Below are positions 24,610 to 38,215 of a DNA stretch of 64,000 nt, piece by piece. This DNA comes from Octopus sinensis (Eukaryota): contig NC_043000.1 in the NCBI RefSeq assembly GCF_006345805.1, positions 49,166,001 through 49,230,000 on the forward strand, read 5' to 3'. A program made the translations under genes and the position numbers. Under the pieces are notes generated by a model, which had not been told where the DNA came from, made no database searches, and was given only the letters and a program-made list of their open reading frames with translations. The first letter of the stretch is position 1. Each line of letters starts with the position of its first letter.

Positions 24610-24679
24610 GTGAAATAGAAAGATGAATAATCATGTAGTAGATAATCTGCGTTCAGCTCCATTTCTTCAATTCACCAAT

Positions 24680-24710
<31 letters not shown>

Positions 24711-25094
24711 AAGAAAAAGTGATATACATGTGTCTTTCGCAAGCAATCTTATCTATTTTACACTTTCTTATTACTTCAACGAAAGTTTCTTGTGAGAGTC
24801 AGTATGATGTATGAGTTACTTTGATGAGCTGTTGTTTTTTTTTATTTTATGCTGCAATATATCTTCTATTTGTCAGTAAAAAGGAAACATGCTCGTGGCT
24901 TTCTGCCAGGGGGTTTGAAGAGGAAATTTTTATTCAACGTATCAAAAACCGCTCCTAATGTATTTACTGTGCCAAAGGATATTTTCTGACGAAGCAATGA
25001 TACAAACCATGTTGTAGGAACAACTTGCTACTCAGCATTAAAAAGGTAAAGAGATGCCTGTTGAATATTTTCACGAATTGTATGGAAGGTTCTA

Positions 25095-26220
25095 CAGAAA
25101 ATGCATCAGCTATGAAACAAAACGAATATGGATTAATTCCAGCTTATCGAATGTGACAACTAATTGCATAGAGTTGTAAAAATTATACACAGCACTACCT
25201 AAATTTTTATAATACCCTATATGAAAAAACAATCCATATGCGCCGGGATCGATCTAAAATTATAAAATCATTTATCTATTTACTATATTTTATTAAGACA
25301 ACTTATTGATGAAATAGCCATTAATGTTAAAACTAACCTTATTGCTTTTCTCTAAAACTTTGTATTTTCTATGCGGTTGAAGGGACTACCATTGCAGATA
25401 ATAACACGTTATTGATTAACATATGTATTGTATTTTGATGAAAACAGTTCATTGTGCGAAGAACTGTTATTGGCTTTAAATCTGTTTATAGATACAGAAG
25501 TATTGTCAGTATTTACCGCTGTGAAATCATATTTTGTAAAAAATAACATAACCTTGACCGGTATTGTTTCATGCGCTACAGATAACGTCACTATTTAATG
25601 ATAAGTTACATTTTTCCATTGCTTTTCTTTTTACTTATTTAAAGAAGTGAGTGCCAAACGTCTCGTGTATTCATTGTGCAGTACCTAGGTGATATCTTGT
25701 TTGAAAATGTTGAAGTACAATCTTCATTCATCATCAAGTATAATATTAAGTGTTATAATAAGATAAATTCAAAGGTGCCAAAAATGATACAATGATTCGA
25801 TGCTAGTGCCAGGACAATAATGAGCAATATATAAGTTACCAACAAAAGTTTGTTGGCTCTGAAAGTGTTCATGCTTGACTCGTTTGAACAACTTATATGA
25901 ATGTCGCACTGTTTCTTGAAAATAAAATCTGAGGTTGATCGCAGCCAACAGTTAAAAAGAATATAACCTGATGCAATTTAGTTGACAGGCATTGTTAAGA
26001 AATTCAGTTAAATTAATTTTCTATTTCAAGGAAACAATATAACACTTACCAAGTGCAAAAATTTTATTCTTTTTACTTATTAAATCAACTTTTATAGTTC
26101 CATCATAATAATTTTAAACGCGAATTTCATCATTTTAAAGAATTACCGTCATTGAAGAATGTCTCTGCAAACGTGACCGAAAGGTTCAAAAGATGCGACG
26201 ATGAACTTCAACTGGGTATG
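25095..26220 (+). mobile_element. Highly degenerate hAT (Buster/Charlie-like) transposase remnant
   Basis: Frameshifted blocks resembling DNNTLL.TYV.YFDENSSLCEELLLAL..SVFTAVKSYFVKNNITLTGIVSCATDN (first catalytic D region, CATDG-like), RWLS.G.CL.RFEQL, and LFQGNNITLTKCK, in hAT order. It ends where the mariner starts. Confidence 0.6.
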
Positions 26221-26231
26221 GAAATAATATA

Positions 26232-27516
26232 TTGGGTCAGTCCATAAATAATGCGGCTTTTTGAACTGCTTATATTTTTAAAAAATTAAGATATACAAAG
26301 TTATTTTTAATCTGAAGTATACGCTGCTTCACTTTCTACAATGTTCTTCCATCTATCTGGTAGACTTGCAAGGCCCCTCCTCCAAAATTCACATGTCCGT
26401 GATGAAAAATACTTCTCCAATACTGTTCTGACCTCTTCTACAGAATTCATATTTTTTCTGTCCAAATAATTTTGGAGAATGCGGAATAAATGATAATCAG
26501 ATGGAGCAATGTCCGGTGAATATGCTGGGTGGAGCATCGTTGCCCATTCAAACTTCTCCAGCCTTTAGAATGTCATCCCCACTGTATGTGGCCGAGCATT
26601 ATCCTGATGGAAGAACACCTTTCGTCTTGAAACCAAAGATGGCCCTTTTCCTTATAGTGCTAACTTAAGCCACTGGAATTCCTCGCAGTGGATCTCCTTT
26701 GTTGTCATTTGGTTTGGGTTTAAAAGTCCAAAGTGCACTAAACCTTTCATATCCCACCACACAGATTACAACACCATACGTGGGTGAAGACTTCCTTTAG
26801 ACTAGGGTACTGGTGTTTCTCCTTTCGTTACCCACTATCTTCGGCGCTTGACATTTTTATAGAGAATCTATTTCTTGTCACCATTCACTATTCGGTCCAA
26901 AATATGTTCATTTATGAGACGTGACAGCAAAGAAGAGCACACATTCACTCGCTGTGCGCAATTAGACTCGGAAATTTTGTGACGCGCCCAATGACCCAAT
27001 TTTCTGACTTTTCCGATGGCACGCAGGTGTCGATGAACGGAGGAATGACCAAATCCAAGCTTCTCTGCTAGTTCCTCAAAAGTTACGATGGGATTTTCTT
27101 CCACCGGGGTTGCAGGGCGTCCTCATCACGCTCTGCAGATCTTCCAGTGCGAGGTTCGTCTTCTATAACCTGCAGTTTCCGGCTCGGAATTTCTGGAACC
27201 ACCGTTGACATTGGCTTACACTTATTTTACGATCTCCATATACTGCATAATTATTCCTCCCACATCCGTTGTGTTGTTGCCTTTATTGAACTCACAAAGC
27301 AAAATATACCGAATATGCTCCTTTGTCATTTCCATTATGGCCTAGAAAAAATAGCTGTTAAAATCGAACTGCATGCTTCAAAACTTGCATTGAGAATAAG
27401 GTTAGGTAAAATTACTACTTGCTTTTATAGCAAGATGATGCAGATAGTCTATACCGCCCCCCTCCGACTTTTATTCCATGCAATTGAAATTCCGCATTAT
27501 TTACGGGATGACCTAA
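26232..27516 (-). mobile_element. Full-length mariner element (D,D34D) with both TIRs; transposase pseudogene at about 27335-26307
   Basis: TIRs ttgggtcagtccataaataatgcgg (26232-26256) and ccgcattatttacgggatgacctaa (27492-27516) match at 21/25; TA on the left flank. Protein MEMTKEHIRYILL..WFQKFRAG..VNGDKK*ILY..QDNARPH-(34)-YSPDIAPSDYHLF..GLASLPDRWKNIVESEAAYTSD*, with several stops and frameshifts. Confidence 0.95.
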
Positions 27517-27523
27517 AATTTAG

Positions 27524-27712
27524 TGGAGCACCGCCTTTTGTCGAGCAAATCAACCCCAGGAGTTATTCATTGTAAGCCTCTTACTTATTCTATCGGTCTC
27601 TTTTGCCGAACCGCTAAGTTAAGGGGACGTAAACATACCAGCATTGGTTGTCGAGTGATCTTGGGGGGACAAACACAAGCACACATACATGTACACACAC
27701 ACATATGTATAT
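27524..27712 (-). mobile_element. SINE family A, partial 3' half
   Basis: tggagcaccgccttttgtcgagcaaatcaacccc...tattctatcggtctcttttgccgaaccgctaag...gacaaacac, the same module as in 13015-13409. Confidence 0.88.
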
Positions 27713-27780
27713 ACGATTTAAACTTTTCTTACATCGTTCCCCCTCTTTCTTTCACTCTATTTCCTTCCTTCTCTCTTTCT

Positions 27781-27823
<43 letters not shown>

Positions 27824-30352
27824 CACACATTTATGTGTATATATATTGTAATATATAAGTTGTAAAATATGCTAATACGTTTTCTGCGGTTAAAACATTA
27901 TTTGATATAGAGCTTAATAGGCTGGGCAATGTGAGCAGATGTGTCTTTTATATCAAATGTTGACAGCCTACTCATAATTTCGCCCCGGGCTTAGATGTTC
28001 ATGAATCTCGGGGCAAAATAAACCTATGTTTTGTATAAGTCTGTGTTATCTTGGAATGTTGTATGCGCTTAAGTTGATAACCTTTTTTGAAAAGTAACTT
28101 TATTGAAATTAGGTGTAGAAATTATGGTAGAAAGTTATTGTTATGGTGTGTGTGTATATAAGAATGTGTCGTGGCAATACTTAACTCTACTCAATAGATT
28201 TAAGTGAACCTGTTCGAATGAAATTAAATTATTGGAAATGGGATTTGTACCACCTCGAGCGATATATTTTCATCCATATTGTTAGAGAAGTTAAATATTG
28301 GGGATTGGTAATTGTTCTAGGTTATAGTTCTACTCTCTACTAAGGGTATGTATTGAGAAATGGAGATATATGTGTTTGTGCGTGTTTGTGTCTACAGATA
28401 TGTATATGTGGCGTATTCATACTTTTTTTATGAATACATATGTGTGCACGTAAGTTTCTCAACATATCGTATGTTAACTTGTTCGCGTAAATAAATAGAA
28501 TTTGTACGGAATCATGCAATAGAATAAAATATTCCAGTTCTAACATAAACTAGCGCAACTTCATATAAAACCAAGCAACTCGGTGTGTTAGAGTGACACG
28601 GATGGTATAGAGACGTCAGAAATGTCCCTCGACTTTCTGAGTATCAATTCAATATTGGGGATTTATATAATCTATTATCTTCTCCTTTCAAATTGTGTGG
28701 CCATGTGTTTGTATAAAAAGTGACTATGAAAGCATATTGGATTACTGTTTCCAGTCAATAAAACGAACTTTTAAATTTCTATTTTCACAGAGATGCGTTT
28801 GAATTCTCATCGAATGACGCTTTGTGAATAGCAACTGAAAACTTAATCTTTGCTAATGATTTGAACGCATGTTTAATATGTTGCACTTGTTTTGTTGCTA
28901 ATACAATACTTATGCACTGCCATTTTGTGAAACTTCTTGCGAAACTTTAGTCGGATTCTATAACTTTCGAGACATTATTGACTGTTTTTCCATTCGATTT
29001 AGTGCAACAAAGAATATCAATTTTCGATCACTAAAGATTTGTAGAATCGATAATACATTGTAAAACCTTTCCACGTTGGAGATAATCATTGCTTCAGTCA
29101 CCGTTAGACACAATAATCAAAATAAGTAGTAGTTTATGTTCAAAGTCTTTGAAGGTTACACTAAATAGCGGTTGTGAATTGTAGTCTCAAATTAAAATCA
29201 GAAACAGACAAAATTGGCGTAGTGCTTAGTCCTTTGCAGGTTTCAAATTGTTCTGTGTGACTTATAATATGAATGGTAGTCTAAATGTTTTGTATTACGT
29301 ATTGGCATTTTAAAACTCTAAACTTGAAAGTTATATGTTAAGATTAGTTACTGAGACAGCTTTTAAACTTCTGAGTTTAGACTGGTTGCATACTTCGCAT
29401 TTTATTATTTGCACAGAAATAAATGCAGCAGAACTATGATTCCATATGTGCGTAAATGTAACCTTCCCAGGTCAAAGTAGGACCCGTAGGTGGCCGCTAG
29501 ACAATTGCAGCTAAATATCTGTTTTAAAAAGGAACTAAAATTAGAAACATTATGTCTGAAAACGTTGAAAATATCACAGTCAAAATTACTTTGGTCCAAG
29601 ATATATTAGTCAACTTGGATGTAAACAACGCAGTATTTTTAGACACATAAGAAAGAAAATATTATTTTAAATTGATTTGAAAATCATCGGTTTTTATCTA
29701 AAACATTGACCATTCCATATAGTCGAACGTTAAAAATGATAAACATATTTTCTGATAGATCGTTAATGCCGGATGAACATTGATAATATGATTTCCTGTA
29801 ATAACTAAGAAACAACTATACATATAAAGAAAAATCTGAAGTATTTTATTTTTTTCATGCATCAAGAGGAGGTTTTACCGCCGAATTTATTGATCAATGA
29901 CAATCGACAAAGTAATGTCGGATATGAACATGTTTTATCTTCTTTTATAATTCAATTCACACTGGAATTGCGTTAGAGGAATAAAATTCGACACCAATAC
30001 TTGGCTGGTACTTTATTTTATCCACCTCGAAAGGATGAAACGCGACGTCGACTTTTAGAAAGTAAAGGGACATTAGATAAATAATGCCAGACTGAAGCCA
30101 TGACGATTGTGCCAGTTCACTGCCTCTTAAGTTTTACTAATTATGTATTTATTTGTCTGATTGTCTATTGAAACAGTTAGGTATTGCAATAGGTCACTAC
30201 ATATGTCATTATGTTAAAAGATAGTTTTCATTTGATACTCAGTATATATTTAAAATATGTGGTTGGATTTACTGAAATGTTGAGAATATTATATAGTGTT
30301 AATATATAATAATAAACATAAAAGATTAAAATTATATTATTATATAAAAATA

Positions 30353-30565
30353 AAGGCGGTGAGCTGCAGAATCGTTAGCACCCCGGGCGAAATACTTAAC
30401 GGCTTTTCGTCAGCTGCTACGTTCTGAGTTCAAATTCCGCTGAGATTGACTTTGCCTTTCATCCATTCGAAGTCGATTAAATAAGTACCAGTTACGCACT
30501 GGGGTCGATGTTATCGACTTAATCCTTTCTCCCAAATTTGAGAACGTGTGCTTTCAGTAGAAATA
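30353..30565 (+). mobile_element. SINE family B (tail type Z)
   Basis: aaggcggtgagctgcagaatcgttagc...gagttcaaattccg...ggggtcgatgttatcgact...gtgtgctttcagtagaaat. Confidence 0.9.
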
Positions 30566-31218
30566 TTATATAATAATGAACATATACAAGAATAAAATTC
30601 TATTTATATAATCTTGCCCGAATGTTTTGTCAATTATAAAAATATTCTGCGAAATTGTTTTCGAAATATTAAAATAAAACATCAATTTAAACTAAAGGGT
30701 TAAATATTTCAAACCTAAACGGGGTTTGATAAGAGAAACATTTTGAGTAGTCACCTTAAGTGTGAACATCTATAGTTAGCGTGTTTCTTGACGGAATACG
30801 TAGAGCAAAACGAAATAATTCATTATGTTTGCTTTTCTGTAAGCTTTCTTGATTTACTTTCCTGTTACAAGTCGTTTGCAAACTTGTCAGGGATACCTAC
30901 TCAGTAATGAAATAGATTTATGTTTAAATATATCAACCTATCATTTTCTCTAAGATTTTAACACTTAGTTGATAAGATATTTTCCATTATTAAATCGGTT
31001 TTTTTTCATTTGTCGTTTTTTGTTTTCAATTAGCTTTTCTTCAATGAAACGAAACCTCTATTCTGGAACATATTTGCGACTACTATGTTAATTTTATAGA
31101 AATTCAATGCCACACTTTGAGTAGGTACTTAGTTTGCTCCACACAATGAGATGAACTTCAGCAATGCGTTACATATAACTTTGAAATTCTTTGTTTTTTT
31201 TCAATACTTAAGTACCTT

Positions 31219-31400
31219 AAGGCAGCGAACTAGCAGAAGTGTTATGAAGCCGGACACAATGCTTCGCAACATTTCGTCCTTCTGTACGCCCTGAGTTCAA
31301 ATTCCGCCGGTCGATAAAATAAGTACCATTTGAGCACTGGGTCGACGTAATCGACTTACTCTTCTCGAAATTTACTGACCTTGAGCCAAAATTTGAAACC
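31219..31400 (+). mobile_element. SINE family B (tail type Y) with an internal deletion of about 30 bp
   Basis: aaggcagcgaactagcagaa...gagttcaaattccgccg|gtcgataaaataagtacc...ccttgagccaaaatttgaaacc. Confidence 0.85.
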
Positions 31401-31750
31401 AGGAAGTAGTCGTTTCAGATATTAAATTGAAACGATGTATGTGATTAAAGGTTTTGTACGAGGAACACGTTCAAAACAGATACCGCAGAAGTTACATTTG
31501 GGTGTCTTCTACGATGTCTTCAAGCTGACAATCAACTTTAATTAGAATTTAGTCGACAGTAACACGCATACTAAGATACTTACATGCGTACATACATTTA
31601 TACATACATAGACACACATGCACATATATATGTGCATATATGTGTGTGTTATTTTGTGTATTTGTGCGTGTTTGCGCTTGTGCGTATGTGTGTACATTGA
31701 GGATCACTTTTGTCGATATTCATTTGTGAATGAGGTATTAGTCTGTTAGA

Positions 31751-31981
31751 AGGCGGTGAGCTGGCAGAATCGTTAGCACGCTGGGCGAAATGCTTGGCGG
31801 TATTTCGTCTGCCGTTTCGTTCTGAGTTCAAATTCCGCCGAGGTCGACTTTGCCTTTCATCCTTTCGGGGTCAATTAAATAAGTACCAGTTACGCACTGG
31901 GGTCGATGTAATCGACTTAATCCGCGTGTCTGTCCCTGTTTGTCCCCTGTGTGTTTAGCCCCTTGTGGGTAGTAAAGAAAT
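31751..31981 (+). mobile_element. Young full-length SINE family B (tail type X) with a perfect 19-bp TSD
   Basis: TSD aggtattagtctgttagaa at 31733-31751 (the last base overlaps the SINE start) and 31982-32000. Confidence 0.96.
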
Positions 31982-32714
31982 AGGTATTAGTCTGTTAGAA
32001 AAATGAAAAACCCCTTATATTCTGCTTTTTTGTTTGTTTCTTTTTAATGAAGCCATCTGTGATACTTGTTCTACTCTGACTAGCACACTCCTTTGCCAAT
32101 CTTCTCATCAAAAATGAAGTAAATCTGTAAATTTCCAGTTGGTAATGACTAACTAACAATTACCGTCCAAAATGTCTCGCTGCCGGAAAACTGAGGGTGA
32201 ACACTCAGTATTGCTGCGAATAGTCGCCCGCGCGATTAAGCTTACATGTTTCACACTGTTTATTTGAAATAATGGTTGTGTATATAAATTCTGGTAAGGT
32301 GACGAAATCATTTTAAGTCGTTGGAGCTACGACCAGAATGCCTCGTAGTGCCTATTCCTAAAATTACATTCCACTGAGTTCAGTTATGCATTTCATCATT
32401 ACGGGACCAATAAAAAAATGTGGTACTACGAGATACTGAGTTGATGAAAATAAGAACATTGATACTTACTATTTCTCCTTGCTATTTGCGTTCTGAGGTC
32501 TAATCCGGCCATAACCTTCTCAAGAAACCTCTCAAGATCCTGGTTTTTGAAAAGCTAGATGGCGTTTGTTTTATATGCATTTTTTTTAAAGTAGCACACA
32601 TTGACATTTTGTTGATGTAACTCTGAACCCAGATGATGCTTCAGTGACATTAGCACAATAAATTCATTCCTATATTTATTTAGCTTTGTTTCCAAGTATC
32701 CAATAACGCACAAT

Positions 32715-32912
32715 ATGTGTGTATAATGTGTGTGTATATGAATAATGTGTGTATATATCTATGTGTGCGTGTCTTTATACGTATGGGTGTATGTATACTT
32801 ACATTTATTTCCATACATATGTACACACATATACTTGTATATATGCACATGTATGTATGTATTATGTATGTATCTATGTATGTATGTATGTATGTATGTA
32901 TGTATGTATGAA
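32715..32912. repeat. (GT)/(TA)/(TATG) compound simple repeat
   Basis: Direct reading. Confidence 0.85.
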
Positions 32913-33220
32913 TGTATAACAAAGCAATATGTAAGGTGCATACATTAAGCATTGCGTTATTGTGTAAATAAACTTGAATACAAATTCGAAGAACCAGAAT
33001 TTTAATCAAATCAGAGACTTCCTTTTTATATACTTTTATATATTATATTTCAATCTCAAAGTTCTTTTCTTATATTTTCTTTTCATTTTGCATCATATGA
33101 GTCATAGATGAAACCATGTGAATTTAGCTATTTTATTTTGCATTAATTTGTGAATATTGTGTAATGCTGAGCAGCATTAATTAATAGTAGGAGATAGATT
33201 TCGTATTAGACTCTTATTAG

Positions 33221-33265
33221 GTACATCATATGTTTCGACCCATCAGTCTGGGTCTCTTCAAGTAC
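33221..33265 (-). ncRNA. Decayed minimal type I hammerhead ribozyme-like motif (Penelope-type)
   Basis: Minus strand: GTAC-TTGAAGA-GACCCA-gactga-TGGGTC-GAAA-CATATG-AT-GTAC. It has a 4-bp stem I, a perfect 6-bp stem II and a palindromic short stem III. Two core changes relative to CUGANGA/GAAA/NUH (C3->U, U16.1->A) make it probably inactive. Confidence 0.55.
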
Positions 33266-35279
33266 ATTGATAAAGAAGCCTCACTAGAGATTTTTGGTAT
33301 CGGCTGACTTGTTATATGTCCATCAAGTTATTATGTACATATGTGTGGGGTGGATACGAGAAATTAAGAGAAATACAAACACAATACGCAATATGACTGA
33401 AATGCAGCTTTGCATATTTTCTTCACTAAATCCCGTATCTTTTCCTAAATTGCTTGCTAATGAGTAAATTATCATTCACGATTTGACGACCTATAATTAT
33501 TTGTACTTTAATTGAATATGCGATAGTTACAATACAAACCGTTCAGAATTAAAATCCATTAGTTTCATTTGAATGACATTTCTTAGGACGAAATTAAGCC
33601 ACCATAATTACTGGCTTTGCTTCTGGTTATGTAATGTTTAAAGAAGGAAACTGAAGATTCTCAAACTTGTCATCCACCGCTTTATTTGTTGAATATTTTT
33701 TGTCCCGACAAATACACACACGTTTGGAGAAAGAAAGTCTCGGTCGCTGTATAAGTCTTTGGCTTGCATTAGTCTTTAGTTTTATTTCTTTTGATATGTA
33801 GCACTCCAAACGTGGACAGCCATGTTTCTTCCTAGCAGCGTACCACAAGAGATATTACTCATCATAAATTGGATCGCACAATTAAATTTATACTTTAAGA
33901 AACATCATATGTAATACAGCTTAATCTAATATATAAAGTACGTGTATTTTATTAAGCAAATCACAAAAGTGTTCTTTAAGTAAATTCAAGGCAAGCTTTC
34001 ATATAATAATTCAATAAAAGAATAAATTATCTGCATATTTTAGAGAGAAAAGTTTTTTACATATTCACGACATTATGCGAGCCAAACAAAAAAGTTATGA
34101 AGAGCTGCATGTGACCCGAATGTTGCCAGTTGCCCACAATGAAAATAAATATATGTCTTCTGTGTATAGAAATCTTTATGGTTGTTGGCTATTATGTTTG
34201 TGCTGATAACTGAACATTTAAATCTTGTAAGTTTTTAGTGTTGTTGTTGTTTCAGCCCTTGTTTAAATTCGAAAAAGGTTTAGCTATTATTTGCTCAAAG
34301 ATTGCTATTTTAGGACTACCTTATGCAAAATACTCACATTACATATTTTTGCATTATTTTAGATAGATTTGGCTACTGTTTCTAATATATCGAATGGCAA
34401 CATATAAGCTATACTTCGATATTTATACATTTCTAAATGTTTAAGCTGTCGTTTCAATTTTAAATTAGTTCAGAACATTTAATATATTCAACCACCTTCA
34501 ACGTATAACAAATTAGTAGATTCGTAGAGTATTAATATAATGGCGTTATGTGATACGTTTTCTGTGGTAATGTATAATTCGACATAAGATGAGACTATAC
34601 CAAAAGATGTGGACGTGTATAAGTAGTTGTGATTTCATGTGTATTTATATGAATGCACATGGTGTGTAAATCCGTATATGTGTGATTACAATTGCGTTTA
34701 AACAGTCACAAAAACTATATAAAAAGTGATGAAGTGTTTTGGTTTTCAGTTAAATATTTATGATCCCATTTTGTATATTGATTTCTTGTCATAAGGTCAA
34801 ATATGAAATTTTGCAAGGAAGTATATTACATGGTGTCTAATACTGTACAGTTACTTTGGTATTATTGATACATCTATTGCCAGCTTCCAATAATAAACAA
34901 GTCGTATCTATTGTACCTCCATGAGTTGAAATGCAAAATTTCCTGCGCCAAGTTTGATCTCTGAAAAGAAAGGAGCCGCGAATAATTGAAGAGTATTTAC
35001 AATGGTGCTATACTTATTCATTTAGCTCTCCCTTCTACATTGCCGTTTAATAGATATTACAAATTATCGTTTTAACCCCCAAAACGCGGACATCATCACT
35101 TGTTGTTTCATTAGAGAACAGCAGGCAGTATCAAATACTGATTCAAAAAATTTTCATAGAGCGTATACTTTGTCAAATGTGCATAAATATAAGTGGCTCT
35201 TATCACAGAGAAATCAAGTCGCAAATGAAAGATTTATACAGAGATAAAGGGTTTTTGTTTTGGTTTCCTTTACTATCAG

Positions 35280-35386
35280 ATGAGGTAGATGATGATGATG
35301 ATGAGGAGGAGGAGGAGGAAGAGGATAATTATAATCTAGATTGCACAGATATCTCAAATGAAGTTATACTCACAACGAATGGATAG
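35280..35386 (+). CDS. Candidate terminal coding exon of an unidentified host gene (acidic C-terminus)
   Basis: A strong acceptor (gtttttgttttggtttcctttactatcag, AG at 35278-35279, about 30 nt AG-free) is followed by a phase-1 frame [x]AT-EVDDDDDEEEEEEEDNYNLDCTDISNEVILTTNG*. No upstream partner exon was identified, and it could be a chance (GAT)/(GAG) repeat. Confidence 0.35.
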
Positions 35387-36567
35387 TAAATTTTATTGTG
35401 CAAGGCCTAAGTTATCATTTTTTTTTATTTATTTAGAGCGAAAAAAAAAAGATATTTTTTGCTTTTCCCATCGTTTAAAGATTAAAATGGATGCCTAAAT
35501 GGAATGAAACGTACTCTATGATGCGCATCATCGTTCTGGATTAATATGTGCAGATATATTGTTATTGTTTTTGTTGTCGGTAGTGATGTTCAGCCGCTTG
35601 GCAACACTAATCAGATAGATATGTTATACATTTAAACCATGAAGATGCCATTTTTTTTGTTGTTGCCAACTAGCGTACACAGCAGTCTTGAGTGTGTCCA
35701 TATTTTAATGATGGGACACGATTTAAAGGAGACTTGACTGCCATTTATTTCCTTGCGCAGTCGGAGAACTAAATGGAATCTAATGTTCTCTATGTGTTTC
35801 TTTTCTAATCAGAATTGTTGTCCAAGATGTCATGAAAACAATTTTTATTTATAATTTAGAATACAAATTTAACTTGAGATACACAAATACTATTTTCACA
35901 CATCGGTTGCTATGAATTTGTCTACATACACACTGTTTTATTATAAGTTTATAGGAAAATGTTTCATGTTTCAGAAAATACATAAAATCAAATTTCGTAT
36001 ACATTGTATTCTACCGTTTGATTTTGATTCTATTACATTGTTGCTAAATAGCTAACGTATATTCCTTATGTCTGATCCTGATAGCAAAATATTTACAGAC
36101 ATCATAGCGTCTTCAAAATCATCATGTAATATTTCGTGTCAATAAATTTGGAAGCTTGCACTTGAACATGAACAATCTTTCATCTTGTATAACGAAGATT
36201 AATTACAAATGTCAACCTGAAAGCAGGTGACCGGTTAATATTTACGCAAACAACGCCGGTCATTTCATGCAACAGAATTCTATAATTATGCCTATTATAT
36301 ACATTATTTGGTCAGTATTTATTTTATAAGGATATGTAGATGTTCCAGATAACTTTTACTGACTTATATACTGAAACGTGCTCAAATTTGTATACTTTCA
36401 TATTCCCTAAAACTTTCTATAGCGTGAAAATTTTTAAAAGTACCGCATATTTCTATAGATAAACAAATAATTTGGGATACAAAAATATGATCTCTGAATC
36501 AAATGGCTTGTCTTTTATTCGGTATCGTGCATGTTTGTACGTATTGTATATGACTAGTGCAATCATT

Positions 36568-36608
<41 letters not shown>

Positions 36609-37722
36609 TATACAACAGTATGGAAATTGCATCATCAATCGCTGGAAGGTGACACTTGTAAATAGGATATTCAGATTGCAATAATCTCTGATAGAAAATG
36701 TAATATGTCGATTCAGAGATGATGAAGTGAAAGAAAGAAGCTCCAGTTTGGTGCTGTTCTCCTTTAGGTCATATATATCGTTTCAGATATAGTTTGTTTG
36801 CATACAGGTTTCAATGAAAGATTCGTGAGATTCTAATTAAAACGAAAAATTCCAAAGAATATTCGAAATGAAATAAATTTCACCAGTTAATAACTTCTTT
36901 TAGAAAAAAAGATAACTTTCTCAAGAAACTCTAGCATACGTTCCAGATCAATAGTAATATCTGTTTTATTGTTCATTTCGTTGTGAAATTAGTTCGTTGT
37001 TAAGAATACTTTTTTCTGAACACTTTCGTTATTAAGAAGTTGCAGAAGTTGCACAGCTGAAAATTGCAAATTACACCGACAAGGAATAAAGTAAGACTTC
37101 TTACAACTGATTCCTTACTATTTTTAGGTATAAAATCCTCTTACAGGCGATAATGCCGTTTTGTAAATTATTTACTTCAATGCTAATCAATTATTTTACT
37201 TCATTCACTAGATATATTCGTTAACTTATTACGTATGTTGGCACGATATTTCTATATCTGGCTAGAAATTGCTTCTCGGGATTATTTCCTTCGTCTTTAA
37301 TCGACCGAAGTAAGAGGAAAATCTGAGTGTAATAGTTCAGTATTTTTTTATTGTAGCAAACTGGTTCTTGCGATTATATTACTAATAGCGCATTATTTAT
37401 GCATGTCGTGCTCAGCGATCTTAGGCATGAGAAAGACACTTTAAAGGTTAGGCAAGTCCAAAAGGTCCAAAATTAATATAGAAATTGATGAATGAGGTGG
37501 AATTTAGTACTCAACAAATCCTCCTTGTCAGCGCTCTGCTGTATAATGTTGAAGGAGATTTAGCTTGCTCATTATTATTGAGGAAAAGAATCGACAACTT
37601 CACAAAAGCTGATTATATGTTAATTATTCTCTATAGTGACTTTGATGTATGTTAACTTCACACGGTATTAATGCTGTTGATTTTTTCACTTTCTACATAT
37701 TTCTCCTTTTCAAAATTCTTGT

Positions 37723-37746
37723 CTCTCTCTCTCTCTCACTCATTCT

Positions 37747-37784
<38 letters not shown>

Positions 37785-37968
37785 AAAGATATATATATAT
37801 GCATATATATACACATATGTATGTATAGAGATAGATATAGAGAGAGAAAGAGGGACATTAAGATGTCTATATACATGAAAAACCATTAGATATAGAAATA
37901 TTTGTGTATGTGTATGTATATGTATATACATGTATATGTCAATATATATATGTATACGTGTGTATATA

Positions 37969-38008
<40 letters not shown>

Positions 38009-38034
38009 TGTATATATGAATGTATATCTAGATG

Positions 38035-38086
<52 letters not shown>

Positions 38087-38101
38087 CATACACACATACA
38101 T

Positions 38102-38196
<95 letters not shown>

Positions 38197-38215
38197 TAGA
38201 TAGATAGATAGATGT
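37723..38215. repeat. Compound (CT)n, (TA)/(TATG)n and (GATA)n microsatellite block
   Basis: Direct reading. Confidence 0.95.
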
